Assembly: GCA_964642475.1 (NCBI GenBank)
Contig: CAZXRC010000004.1
Span: 4,604 to 68,603 of the forward strand
Direction of reading: 5' to 3'
Length of the DNA: 64,000 bases
Origin: an uncultured Gemmatimonadaceae bacterium
GTDB lineage: Bacteria > Gemmatimonadota > Gemmatimonadetes > Gemmatimonadales > GWC2-71-9
Positions 1 through 10,673 of this stretch are shown one piece after another. The notes below the pieces were generated by a model. It was not told where the DNA came from and did no database searches. It was given only the letters and a program-made list of their open reading frames with translations. The stretch's first letter is position 1. Each line of letters opens with the position of its first letter. A program made the translations under genes and the position numbers.

Positions 1-134
1 GACTTTCCCGCTGGCCCAACCGGTATGACCGCCAGGATTCGGCGTCTTGCGCTCCCTGCCCGGGCCCTCCCGGGAGGCGCCGCCGACCGGCGCATTCGTT
101 CCCGTGGCGCGGCACTCTTCAGCGTGGAGGCCCG

Positions 135-1502
135 ATGACCCATCGCCTGCTGGTGGTGGATGACGAGCCCGGGATCCGGGACGCCCTGAAGCAGGTCCTG
201 GAGTACGAGGGCCTCGAGGTCCGGGTGGCAGGCTCCGGCGGGGAGGCCCTGACGGTCTATCCCGACCTCCGGCCCCACCTCGTCTTCCTCGACGTGAAGA
301 TGGCGGGTCTCGATGGCCTGGAAACGCTCACCCGGCTCCGGGAGCTCGATCCCGCCGCGGTGGTGGTGATGATCTCGGGTCATGGGACCATCGCGACGGC
401 GGTCGAGGCCACCCGGCGGGGGGCCTTCGACTTCCTGGAGAAGCCGCTCGACACCGACCGCCTGCTCGTCACGGTCCGCAATGCCCTCGAGCGGGCCCAG
501 CTCACCGGCGAGAACCAGCGGCTGAAGCGGGAGACGGCGTCGCGCTTCGCGATGATCGGGACCGGTCCGGCGCTCAAGGAAGTGCGCGAGGTCATCACCC
601 GGGTAGCGCCGACCAACGCCCGGGTGCTCATCACCGGCGAAAACGGCAGCGGCAAGGAACTGGTGGCCCGGGCGATCCACGATGCCTCTCCCCGGAAGAC
701 CCAGGCTTTCGTCGAGGTGAATTGCGCGGCCATCCCTTCGGAGCTGATCGAGAGCGAGCTCTTCGGCCACATGAAGGGTTCGTTCACCGGGGCGGTGACG
801 GACCGGGCCGGCAAGTTCGAGCTGGCGGACGAGGGCACCCTCTTCCTCGACGAGATCGGCGACATGTCCCCTTCGGCCCAGGCCAAGGTGCTCCGGGCAC
901 TGCAGGAAGGGGTCATTACCCGGATCGGCGGGGCCAAGCCGATCCAGGTGGATGTCCGGGTCATCGCGGCGACCAACAAGGCGCTGGAGGAGGAGATTGG
1001 GGCGGGACGCTTCCGGGAGGACCTCTTTTACCGCCTCAACGTCGTGCCGATCGAGGTGCCCCCTCTGCGGGAGCGGCGCGAGGACATCCCGGCCCTGGTG
1101 GACCACTTCGTGAAGCAGCTGGTCGGAACCACCGGCATCGCCCCGCGTACATTTGACGCGGGAGCGCTGGAGCGACTGGGGGACCGGAGCTGGCCCGGCA
1201 ACGTGCGGGAGCTGCGGAACGCGGTGGAACGGCTCCTGATCCTCGCACCGGGCAAGACGATTACCGCCGCCGACGTGAGCCGGCTCCTGGGGGAAGGGGC
1301 CACGCCGGAGGTGGTCGAGGGCGCCGCTGCGCCGGACGGGACCTTCGAGGCGTTCAAGCACGAGGCCGAGCGGAGCTTCCTGGCCGCCAAGCTCCGGGAG
1401 CACGACTGGAACGTGTCGGAGACGGCGCGGGCGCTCAAGATGCCCCGCTCCAATCTGTACAAGAAGATCGAGCGCTACGGCCTCTCACGGGATACGCCAT
1501 GA
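135..1502 (+). CDS. sigma-54-dependent response regulator (NtrC/Fis family: REC + AAA+ + HTH)
   Basis: 455-aa ORF. Receiver N-terminus (LVVDDEPGIRD, FLDVKMAGLDG). AAA+ core with Walker A GENGSGKE, ESELFGH, and a GAFTGA-type loop present as GSFTGA. C-terminal Fis-type HTH (ETARALKMPRSNLYKKI). Confidence 0.9.
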   Translation: MTHRLLVVDDEPGIRDALKQVLEYEGLEVRVAGSGGEALTVYPDLRPHLVFLDVKMAGLDGLETLTRLRELDPAAVVVMISGHGTIATAVEATRRGAFDFLEKPLDTDRLLVTVRNALERAQLTGENQRLKRETASRFAMIGTGPALKEVREVITRVAPTNARVLITGENGSGKELVARAIHDASPRKTQAFVEVNCAAIPSELIESELFGHMKGSFTGAVTDRAGKFELADEGTLFLDEIGDMSPSAQAKVLRALQEGVITRIGGAKPIQVDVRVIAATNKALEEEIGAGRFREDLFYRLNVVPIEVPPLRERREDIPALVDHFVKQLVGTTGIAPRTFDAGALERLGDRSWPGNVRELRNAVERLLILAPGKTITAADVSRLLGEGATPEVVEGAAAPDGTFEAFKHEAERSFLAAKLREHDWNVSETARALKMPRSNLYKKIERYGLSRDTP

Positions 1503-1966
1503 GCGATCAGCCGCGGGACTGGGACAAGGAGCTCGCCGATATCGACAAGGTGATCTCGCGGATGCCGGCGCAGGGGGCCGCGCCCGCCGGGACCGCTCCA
1601 GCGGCGCTGCCGGCGGGACGTCCGGGGGCTGCGGGGCCCACCGGCGGGAAGCTCGCGGTTTTCACCACCTGGCTCCGGGTGGGGCTCGGCATCGCGCTGG
1701 CCGTCGGCATTACGCAGTGGCCGTACCCCAGCGCCTGTGGACTCAACCTGATCGTGTATCTCGGCGCCATCGGGGTGGTGATCGTGGCCGGTCTCTGGAG
1801 TTCCATCAGCTCGTGGCGTCGGCGGATGGGCCTGGCGCACACCCTCTCCCTGTTGGTGCTGCTCTGGGGCCTGATTCTCGGCGCCCGGGAGATCCTCCCC
1901 CGTGCCGGCTACGCCCGACACGTGCGAACCTGGTCCTGTCCCGCCGGGACAGTGGAAGCCTCCTGA
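1499..1966 (+). CDS. hypothetical small membrane protein (about 3 TM segments)
   Basis: ATGA overlap with the stop of the upstream regulator. Hydrophobic segments LRVGLGIALAVGI, LIVYLGAIGVVIVAGLW, LSLLVLLWGLILG. No recognisable family. Confidence 0.5.
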   Translation: MSDQPRDWDKELADIDKVISRMPAQGAAPAGTAPAALPAGRPGAAGPTGGKLAVFTTWLRVGLGIALAVGITQWPYPSACGLNLIVYLGAIGVVIVAGLWSSISSWRRRMGLAHTLSLLVLLWGLILGAREILPRAGYARHVRTWSCPAGTVEAS

Positions 1967-1994
1967 CCCGAACGCCCCCCTGGCGCACCGCTCC

Positions 1995-3485
1995 ATGACG
2001 ACCAACTACAAGAATCTCATCGGCGGGCGCTGGCTCGCCCCGGCGACCGGCCGTTACCTCGAGAATCGTAACCCCGCGGACACCACCGACCTGATCGGTC
2101 GCTTCCCCGACTCGGGGCCGGAGGACGTCGATGGCGCGGTAGAGGCGGCGTCCCGGGCCTTCGAGGTGTGGCGACGGGTGCCCGCGCCCGCGCGGGGGGA
2201 TCTGCTCCAGCGGCTCGGCGATCTGCTGGCCGCCGGCAAGGAGTCGCTGGCGGCGGGCATGACCCGGGAAATGGGGAAGGTCCTGGCCGAGACCCGCGGG
2301 GACGTCCAGGAAGGGATCGACACCGCGTACTACGCGGCGAGCGAGTGTCGCCGGCTCTTCGGACACACGGTGCCGTCGGAGCTTCGGGACAAGTGGGCCA
2401 TGAGCTGGCGCCGGCCGATCGGGGTATGCGGTCTCATCACGCCATTCAACTTCCCGCTGGCGATACCCACCTGGAAGATGTTCCCGGCCCTGGCCTGCGG
2501 GAACACCGTGGTGCTCAAGCCGTCCGAGGACGTTCCCCACACGGCGCATCGGTTGGTCGAGATGGCGCGGGACGCGGGATTCCCGCCCGGCGTGATCAAC
2601 CTGGTGCATGGGCGCGGGGAACTCGCCGGGCGGGCCTTGGTCAGCCATCCGCGGGTCCGGGCCATCTCCTTCACCGGGTCGAGCGAGACCGGATCGCTGA
2701 TCGGCGAGACGGCCGGCCGGCTGCACAAGCGGCTTTCGCTCGAGATGGGTGGCAAGAACGCCCTCATCGTGATGGATGACGCCGACCTCGATCTGGCGCT
2801 TGACGGGGTGCTGTGGGGCGCATTCGGCACGAGTGGACAGCGCTGCACCGCCACCAGCCGCCTGCTCCTCCACCGCAGGATTCACGACCGGTTTCTCGCC
2901 CGCCTGGCGGAACGGGCCGCCGGGCTTCGGCTGGGCGACGGCCGCAAGCGTGGCGTCGAGGTGGGCCCGCTCATTCACGCCGACGCCCGCGCGAAGGTGG
3001 AGCGGTACGTCGCGATCGGGCGGGAGAGCGGCGCCGACCTGGTGACCGGCGGGGTGCGGCCCCGGGGCAAGGCCTTCGCCAACGGCTGGTTTTTCGCGCC
3101 GACGATCTTCGCCGGGGTCAGGCCGGGAGACCGGCTGGAACAGGAGGAGATCTTTGGACCGGTGCTGAGCGTGATCCGGGTCGGCTCGCTCGACGAGGCG
3201 ATCCGCATCAACAACGGTGTCCGCTACGGCCTTTCGAGTTCCCTCTATACCCGGGATGTACGGGCCGCCTTCCGCGCACTCGAGGACCTCGACACCGGGA
3301 TTACCTACATCAATGCCCCCACCATCGGGGCCGAGGCGCACCTGCCGTTCGGCGGCGTGAAGCAGACCGGGAACGGACATCGGGAAGGCGGCTGGGAGGT
3401 CTACGAGTTCTATTCCGAGACGAAGGTGGGCTACCTCGACTACTCCGGACGGCTGCAGCGGGCGCAGATCGACAACCATGAGTGA
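1995..3485 (+). CDS. NAD(P)-dependent aldehyde dehydrogenase family protein
   Basis: Track ORF 1902..3485 trimmed to ATG 1995 (MTTNYKNLIGGRW). Catalytic motifs LEMGGKNA (Glu) and GQRCTATS (Cys). PFGGVKQTGNG near the C-terminus. Confidence 0.9.
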   Translation: MTTNYKNLIGGRWLAPATGRYLENRNPADTTDLIGRFPDSGPEDVDGAVEAASRAFEVWRRVPAPARGDLLQRLGDLLAAGKESLAAGMTREMGKVLAETRGDVQEGIDTAYYAASECRRLFGHTVPSELRDKWAMSWRRPIGVCGLITPFNFPLAIPTWKMFPALACGNTVVLKPSEDVPHTAHRLVEMARDAGFPPGVINLVHGRGELAGRALVSHPRVRAISFTGSSETGSLIGETAGRLHKRLSLEMGGKNALIVMDDADLDLALDGVLWGAFGTSGQRCTATSRLLLHRRIHDRFLARLAERAAGLRLGDGRKRGVEVGPLIHADARAKVERYVAIGRESGADLVTGGVRPRGKAFANGWFFAPTIFAGVRPGDRLEQEEIFGPVLSVIRVGSLDEAIRINNGVRYGLSSSLYTRDVRAAFRALEDLDTGITYINAPTIGAEAHLPFGGVKQTGNGHREGGWEVYEFYSETKVGYLDYSGRLQRAQIDNHE

Positions 3486-3576
3486 GTCGCGTCCCGACCC
3501 CCGCTTGCGCCGCGTTTTTGGCCCGGCTAAGGTTCTGACTGGTGCACCTTCCTGCCGGCAGTGAGGCAACTCTCTA

Positions 3577-4449
3577 ATGCGTCCCATGCGAGTCGGCACT
3601 GGCAAGCGCGGGTCATCGTCCTTCGACGAGGGCTCGCTCGACCAGTACCTGCGTGAAATCAGCAAGTATCCGCTGATCACGCAGGACGAAGAAGTCGAAC
3701 TGGCCAAGCGCATTCGGGCGAAGGACCCGGAGGCGCTGGACAAGCTGGTGCGCAGCAACCTGCGATTCGTGGTGTCGGTCGCCAAGAAGTACCAGAACCA
3801 GGGTGTCTCGCTCTCCGACCTGATCAACGAGGGGAATCTCGGCCTCATCCGCGCGGCCCACAAATTCGACGAGACCAAGGGTATCAAGTTCATTTCGTAC
3901 GCGGTCTGGTGGATCCGCCAGGCGATTCTCCAGGCCCTGGCCGAGCAGAGCCGCATCGTCCGGGTGCCGCTCAATCGGGCGGGGACGCTGCACCGGATCG
4001 GCAAGCGCTCCTCGATGCTCCTCCAGGAGCTGGGCCGCGAACCCACGCCCGCCGAAATCGCCGAGGGGATGGACATCTCGATGGAGGAGGTCCAGAAGAC
4101 GCTCTCCATCAGCCAGAACCACCTCTCCCTCGATGCCCCCCTCACTCCGGGTGAGGACAACAAACTCCTCGACTACCTCCCCGATACCCAGAACGCCGGC
4201 CCCGACAGCGATACCTTCGAGAAGGCGCTGACCGAATCGATCGAAGAGGTCCTGTCCACCCTGAAGGAGCGGGAGGCCAAGATCCTGCGGCTCTACTTCG
4301 GCCTCGATGGTCCCGAGCCCATGACCCTCGAGGAGATCGGGAGCCAGCTCGGCATTACCCGGGAACGGGTCCGCCAGATCAAGGAGAAGGCCCTGACGCG
4401 TCTGCGGCACGTGAGTCGGGCCCGGGCGCTGGAGTCGTTCCTGACGTAG
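3577..4449 (+). CDS. RNA polymerase sigma-70 family factor, compact RpoD/SigA-like (no region 1.1)
   Basis: Regions 1.2-4.2 recognisable: YLREISKYPLIT, DLINEGNLGLIRAAHKFD, YAVWWIRQAI, LEEIGSQLGITRERVRQIKEKAL. Only 290 aa. Confidence 0.9.
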   Translation: MRPMRVGTGKRGSSSFDEGSLDQYLREISKYPLITQDEEVELAKRIRAKDPEALDKLVRSNLRFVVSVAKKYQNQGVSLSDLINEGNLGLIRAAHKFDETKGIKFISYAVWWIRQAILQALAEQSRIVRVPLNRAGTLHRIGKRSSMLLQELGREPTPAEIAEGMDISMEEVQKTLSISQNHLSLDAPLTPGEDNKLLDYLPDTQNAGPDSDTFEKALTESIEEVLSTLKEREAKILRLYFGLDGPEPMTLEEIGSQLGITRERVRQIKEKALTRLRHVSRARALESFLT

Positions 4450-4473
4450 GCCGACGGCCAACGGCCAGCGGCC
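4449..4473. repeat. heptamer tandem repeat (GGCCRNC x3.5) between convergent genes
   Basis: GGCCGAC GGCCAAC GGCCAGC GGCC starts at the last base of the sigma-factor stop codon. Same ACGGCCA/TTGGCCG unit as the arrays at 62695-62811. Confidence 0.7.
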
Positions 4474-4485
4474 TCAAGCCAACCG

Positions 4486-5522
4486 TTAGCTCCCTCCCAG
4501 GATCCGCCCCACCTGCTCGAACTCGATCAAGAACGCATCATGACCGTACGGGGTGGCGATCTCCTCGTAGCGCGCGTTGGCGCCGCCCCGGGTGTACGCC
4601 TCGACCCAGCGACGCACCTCCCAGGGGTAGTAAAGGATGTCGGTGTCGATGCCGACGCCGATCACTTCCGCGACGCCGGCCGCGGTATGTCTGCCGGCGC
4701 TCTCAGCCGGCCCGACGTCGTGCGCGTCCATCGACCCCATCAGGCTCACGTAACTCCGGGCGTCGAATCGGTCGACCAGTTTTTGCCCATGGCGGCGGAG
4801 GTAGTGGTCGACGTCGAACCGCCCCGGGGTGCGGGTCTCCAGTCGCCCGAAGCGCTGATCGAACTCGATGACCGAGCGGTAGGTGATCATCGCAATGGCC
4901 CGGGCCGCCGCCAGGCCGGCCACCGGGCCCTCGCCCGGCCCATAACGGCCACCGGCCCACCCCGGGTCGGCCTCGATGGCCATCCGCTGCGCCGCATTCC
5001 AGGCGATGGCCTGGGCGCTGGTGCGCTCCGGGGCGGCAAAGACCACGAGCCGATCGACGGGGATCGGAGTCAGCAGCCCCCATTGCAGTGCGACCATCCC
5101 GCCGAGCGAGCCACCGCTCACCAGACGAAGCCGCTCGATACCCAGATGCCGAATCAACGGGAGGTGGGCCCGCGCGAGGTCGGCGGTCGTTAGGGCGGGA
5201 AAGTCCCCGTCGCTCGCCCCGGCCGGACCGGAGGACCCATAGCAGCTGCCCAGCAGGTTGGCGCAGAGGATCGGGCCCCGGGCCGGGTCGAGCGGCAGGT
5301 CGGGTCCCACCAGTGGCCCCCACCACTCTTGGACCCGTGCATTGCCCGTCAAGGCGTGAAAAATCAGGCGCCAGCCTGCCCGCCGCCCGACTTCGGGATC
5401 CCCCAGCACCTGGTACTGGAGTCTGGCGTCCCGGATCACGCCTCCGCGCTCGGTCCGGAAGTCACCCAGCGCCAGCGCGCCGGGATGACCCTCGAGAATG
5501 GAGGGGAGGGTCGTGGCCACGG

Positions 5523-5526
<4 letters not shown>
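4486..5526 (-). CDS. metX: homoserine O-acetyltransferase
   Basis: GTG at 5526 (VTVATTLPSILEG...) overlaps the stop of the upstream gene (GTGA). Alpha/beta-hydrolase nucleophile elbow GGSLGGM; C-terminal YGHDAFL. The upstream part of the 728-aa track ORF is an out-of-frame overlap with the aspartokinase gene. Confidence 0.85.
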
Positions 5527-7990
<2,464 letters not shown>

Positions 7991-8021
7991 TGGGCTTCGT
8001 CGAACGGTCTGGGCGGTTACA

Positions 8022-8114
8022 TCAGTGCGCCGGACCGGGACGTGCGCTGGCACAGTCCACCCCGCGGGGGGTGCACTTGCGCAGACAGCGACACATCATC
8101 GGGCAGCGCTTCAT
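8022..8114 (-). promoter_or_regulatory. candidate 30-codon Cys/Met-rich leader peptide (uORF) upstream of metY
   Basis: ATG at 8114 preceded by GAGGGA 11 nt upstream. Encodes MKRCPMMCRCLRKCTPRGVDCASARPGPAH (5 Cys, 3 Met). The stop lies about 30 nt before the terminator at 7953-7990. Confidence 0.3.
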
Positions 8115-8148
8115 GGTAGAAACGTTCCCTCGGGTCGCGCGGCGGTGC

Positions 8149-8181
8149 AAATACAAACCCCCGCGGCCACGAGCGCGGGGG
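8149..8181 (-). terminator. intrinsic terminator-like hairpin
   Basis: Minus strand reads CCCCCGCG-CTCGTGGC-CGCGGGGG followed by TTTGTATTT. Confidence 0.6.
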
Positions 8182-8262
8182 TGATCCCACGGCTCTTTAG
8201 CTCTTTGTTTCGAGGCTTTCGCCTCAGGCGGTAGCAAGTGGCCCTAAATCCGTCCGCCGAAA
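8182..8262 (-). ncRNA. candidate short structured RNA or first part of the metY leader
   Basis: Lies between a sigma-70-like promoter (8265-8293) and the terminator at 8149-8181. Contains GGCGG...CCGCC and GAGGC-GAAA-GCCUC (GNRA loop) helices. No class could be assigned by eye. Confidence 0.25.
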
Positions 8263-8264
8263 GC

Positions 8265-8293
8265 AACCTATGGTCGCGGGCACAGCTAGTCAA
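8265..8293 (-). promoter_or_regulatory. sigma-70-like promoter TTGACT-N17-TAGGTT
   Basis: Minus strand reads cTTGACTagctgtgcccgcgaccaTAGGTTg, immediately downstream of the hairpin repeat at 8294-8342. Confidence 0.4.
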
Positions 8294-8342
8294 GAGTCGA
8301 GAGTCGAGGAGTCAGTGCCGGTTACCCCCGGGCTCTCGACTC
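8294..8342. repeat. heptamer repeats (GAGTCGA x2-3) forming a hairpin with a 10-bp inverted partner
   Basis: GAGTCGA GAGTCGA GGAGTCA at 8294-8314. GAGTCGAGAG (8294-8303) is the exact reverse complement of CTCTCGACTC (8333-8342). Sits directly after the stop of the 134-aa gene. Confidence 0.7.
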
Positions 8343-8343
8343 A

Positions 8344-8748
8344 TCAATACTCCTCGAGATCCAACCCCTCGACCGGATCGATCGAGTCGGTCTCCGCGAC
8401 CGGGTACATCGCCACGCTGACATAATGGCCCGGGTGATTTCGGATCCACGAGCGGAAGGTCAGTTGCTGCTGGAGCGCGGCTTCGACCTCGGCCAGCTCA
8501 CGAGTGGTGTAGCCCTCCGGCAGCGCCCGCTTGTGCCGCTGGATTTCGCGGATGCTCGCCGAGAGGAGCGACATCAGCAGGTCGCGGTTGATACAGAGCT
8601 CCACCGGCATCAGCATATTGATACCGCGGGGCATGGCATACCCGCCCTCGGCACCCTCCGCGGGGGTGGCGGACTCCGGGGTGCCGGCCGGCGGCGCGGG
8701 GAGCTCGGGGTGCCAGTCGTTGAGCAGGCGGCGAATTCGGTTCTGCAT
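8344..8748 (-). CDS. hypothetical protein (134 aa)
   Basis: Strong GC3 codon bias. GGAGAG about 8 nt upstream of the ATG. No family recognised. Confidence 0.6.
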   Translation of the reverse strand: MQNRIRRLLNDWHPELPAPPAGTPESATPAEGAEGGYAMPRGINMLMPVELCINRDLLMSLLSASIREIQRHKRALPEGYTTRELAEVEAALQQQLTFRSWIRNHPGHYVSVAMYPVAETDSIDPVEGLDLEEY

Positions 8749-8871
8749 GGGGCGTCTCTCCAGGATTTCCTCCCTCTAGGTTTCGGATCATCCCGGTGAA
8801 AACTTGAGGCTTCGGCGCTACATTAGAAGTCCATGTAGTACAGCAGCTTACACCACGTCGCCAGGGTGCTC

Positions 8872-9375
8872 ATGGCCAGCAATCCCTCGTTCGATGTCTC
8901 GACCGGAGCCGACCTGCAGGAGGTCGACAACGCCGTCAACCAGGCGCTCAAGGAGATCGCCCAACGCTATGACTTCAAGGGCACCCACTGCGTCATCGAA
9001 TTCGACCGCACCAAGGCGGAAATCCGGCTGAGTGCCGACGACGATTTCCGGATGGATCAGCTGCTGGAGGTGCTTCGAACCAAGCTGGTCAAGCGCAACG
9101 TCCCGGTGAAGAATCTCAACATCGGCGATCCCGTCGCCGGGACTGGCACCACGGTCCGGCGCACCGTGGGGCTGACCCAGGGGATTCCGCAGGACGCCGC
9201 CAAGAAGATGATCAAGGCCATCAAGGACCAGGGATTCAAGAAGGTCCAGTCCACGATCCAGGGCGACGAAGTCCGGGTCACCGCGCCCTCCCGGGACGAG
9301 CTGCAGGCGGTCATCGCGTTCCTGCGCGGCCAGGACTTCGGGATCGAGCTCAAATTCGGCAACTATCGTGGCTGA
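8872..9375 (+). CDS. yajQ: YajQ family nucleotide-binding protein (UPF0234)
   Basis: MASNPSFDVS...DLQEVDNAVNQALKEIAQRYDFKG...IELKFGNYRG is typical of the YajQ family. Start moved from GTG 8866 to ATG 8872. Confidence 0.85.
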   Translation: MASNPSFDVSTGADLQEVDNAVNQALKEIAQRYDFKGTHCVIEFDRTKAEIRLSADDDFRMDQLLEVLRTKLVKRNVPVKNLNIGDPVAGTGTTVRRTVGLTQGIPQDAAKKMIKAIKDQGFKKVQSTIQGDEVRVTAPSRDELQAVIAFLRGQDFGIELKFGNYRG

Positions 9376-10660
9376 TCCGCGGGCGCACCGGGGGGCGCGT
9401 CGGCTTCGCTGGCTCCTCGGCGCGGCCTCCACTGCCGGGGTGATGACCTGCACGCCGCAGGAGCCACCGGGGGTCTCGCCGGCGCCGCCGAACGAACCCG
9501 CCACCGAGGTCCCCGGGCCCGAGATCCGGATCGGACTCGTGGTCGGGGGTGGGCGGGTCGAGTTGTCGGGGGATAGCGGACTCGCAATCCTCGACGCCGA
9601 CAGCACTCCGGCCGGCGATGGGGCCCCGGGCGCGGCCTGGACGGTACGCCCGGACGGGGCGCGCCTCACCGCGACCGCGCCGGGCGGATGGCGCCTCGAC
9701 AACCAGATCGCCCTCACCTTCCTCCCCCGCACGTCGGTGGGGCGGGTGCTGGTCAACGGTCGACCCTACCGCGGGCGGGTGAGTGTCGTGCGGGACCGCT
9801 CCGGGGTGACCGCGGTGAATCTGGTGGACGTCGAGTCCTACCTGCTGGGGGTCGTGCCGGCCGAAATGGGCCGGCGCGATCCCTCCGAGCTCGAGGCTCT
9901 CGCCGCCCAGTCGGTTGTTTCCCGCACCTTCGCCATCAGGAACCTGGGAAAGCGCGCCGCCGAGGGGTTCGACCTCTACGGCACGGTGGTAGACCAGGTC
10001 TATGGCGGGGTGAGTGCCGAGAACGAGCTGACGAGCGGTGCCGTCCGCCGCACCGCGGGGCAGGTGCTTACCTGGCAGGGCGTTCCGATCGATGCCTTCT
10101 TCTTCTCGACCTGCGGCGGCCGGACCGCCTCCGGCACCGAAGTCTTCGTCGCCGCCGACCGCCCCTACCTCAAGACTGTCCCGGACCTGGACGGGTCGGG
10201 GCAGGCCTGGTGCCGAATCTCCCCCCGCTACCGCTGGCGGGAGGAGTGGAGCGGCGACCAGCTCCGAGGCACGCTCCGCCAGTCGTTGCCGCCCGCGACG
10301 GGCACGCCGGCCGAAGAGGCGGCCACGGCGACGGGGGTGGCGGTGGCCACCCGAACCGGATCCGGCCGGGTGGCGAGCGTGACAGTGCAGCTCCAGAGCG
10401 GCGCCGTCGAAGTCCGGGGCCCAGCCGTGCGACAGGTGCTCCGTCCGCCGGGGGAAGCCCTCCTGCGCAGTGCCATCTTTCGCCTGACCGAGGTCCGAAG
10501 CGAGGGGCGACTGCTCCGGCTGGTGGCCGACGGGAATGGCGCGGGCCACGGCGTCGGTTTCTGTCAGTGGGGGGCGGTGGGCCGGGCCCGGGGCGGGCAG
10601 GATGCGCGCGCTATCCTATCTGCCTACTTTCCCGGCACGACCATCAGTCGAGCCTACTAG
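9368..10660 (+). CDS. SpoIID/LytB domain-containing protein (secreted/lipoprotein)
   Basis: SYLLGVVPAEMG, ALAAQSVVSRTFAI, VVDQVYGG, FFFSTCGGRT, HGVGFCQWGA. N-terminal signal ending in ...GVMTC. Confidence 0.85.
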   Translation: MADPRAHRGARRLRWLLGAASTAGVMTCTPQEPPGVSPAPPNEPATEVPGPEIRIGLVVGGGRVELSGDSGLAILDADSTPAGDGAPGAAWTVRPDGARLTATAPGGWRLDNQIALTFLPRTSVGRVLVNGRPYRGRVSVVRDRSGVTAVNLVDVESYLLGVVPAEMGRRDPSELEALAAQSVVSRTFAIRNLGKRAAEGFDLYGTVVDQVYGGVSAENELTSGAVRRTAGQVLTWQGVPIDAFFFSTCGGRTASGTEVFVAADRPYLKTVPDLDGSGQAWCRISPRYRWREEWSGDQLRGTLRQSLPPATGTPAEEAATATGVAVATRTGSGRVASVTVQLQSGAVEVRGPAVRQVLRPPGEALLRSAIFRLTEVRSEGRLLRLVADGNGAGHGVGFCQWGAVGRARGGQDARAILSAYFPGTTISRAY

Positions 10661-10673
10661 TCACGGGGGATCC

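Noticed and set aside
95-134. Possible sigma-54 promoter (TGGCGC...TCTTC) upstream of the NtrC-like gene
   Set aside because: There is a GG at the -24 position, but no GC dinucleotide at the required -12 spacing.
1806-4163. 785-aa minus-strand ORF spanning the aldehyde dehydrogenase and sigma-factor genes. The same problem applies to 3613-4461, 9350-10549, 19949-21322, 23977-25548, 31619-33283, 36781-38295, 43852-45594, 52853-54520, 57858-59570 and 59613-61043.
   Set aside because: All lie antisense to, or out of frame with, genes that have strong family motifs. Their translations are Arg/Pro/Gly-rich with no motifs and are typical high-GC shadow ORFs.
8022-8237. 71-aa ORF upstream of metY treated as a protein-coding gene
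   Set aside because: It would read through a terminator hairpin (8149-8181) and has no RBS at its first start. Only the 30-codon version starting at ATG 8114 was kept, as a leader-peptide hypothesis.
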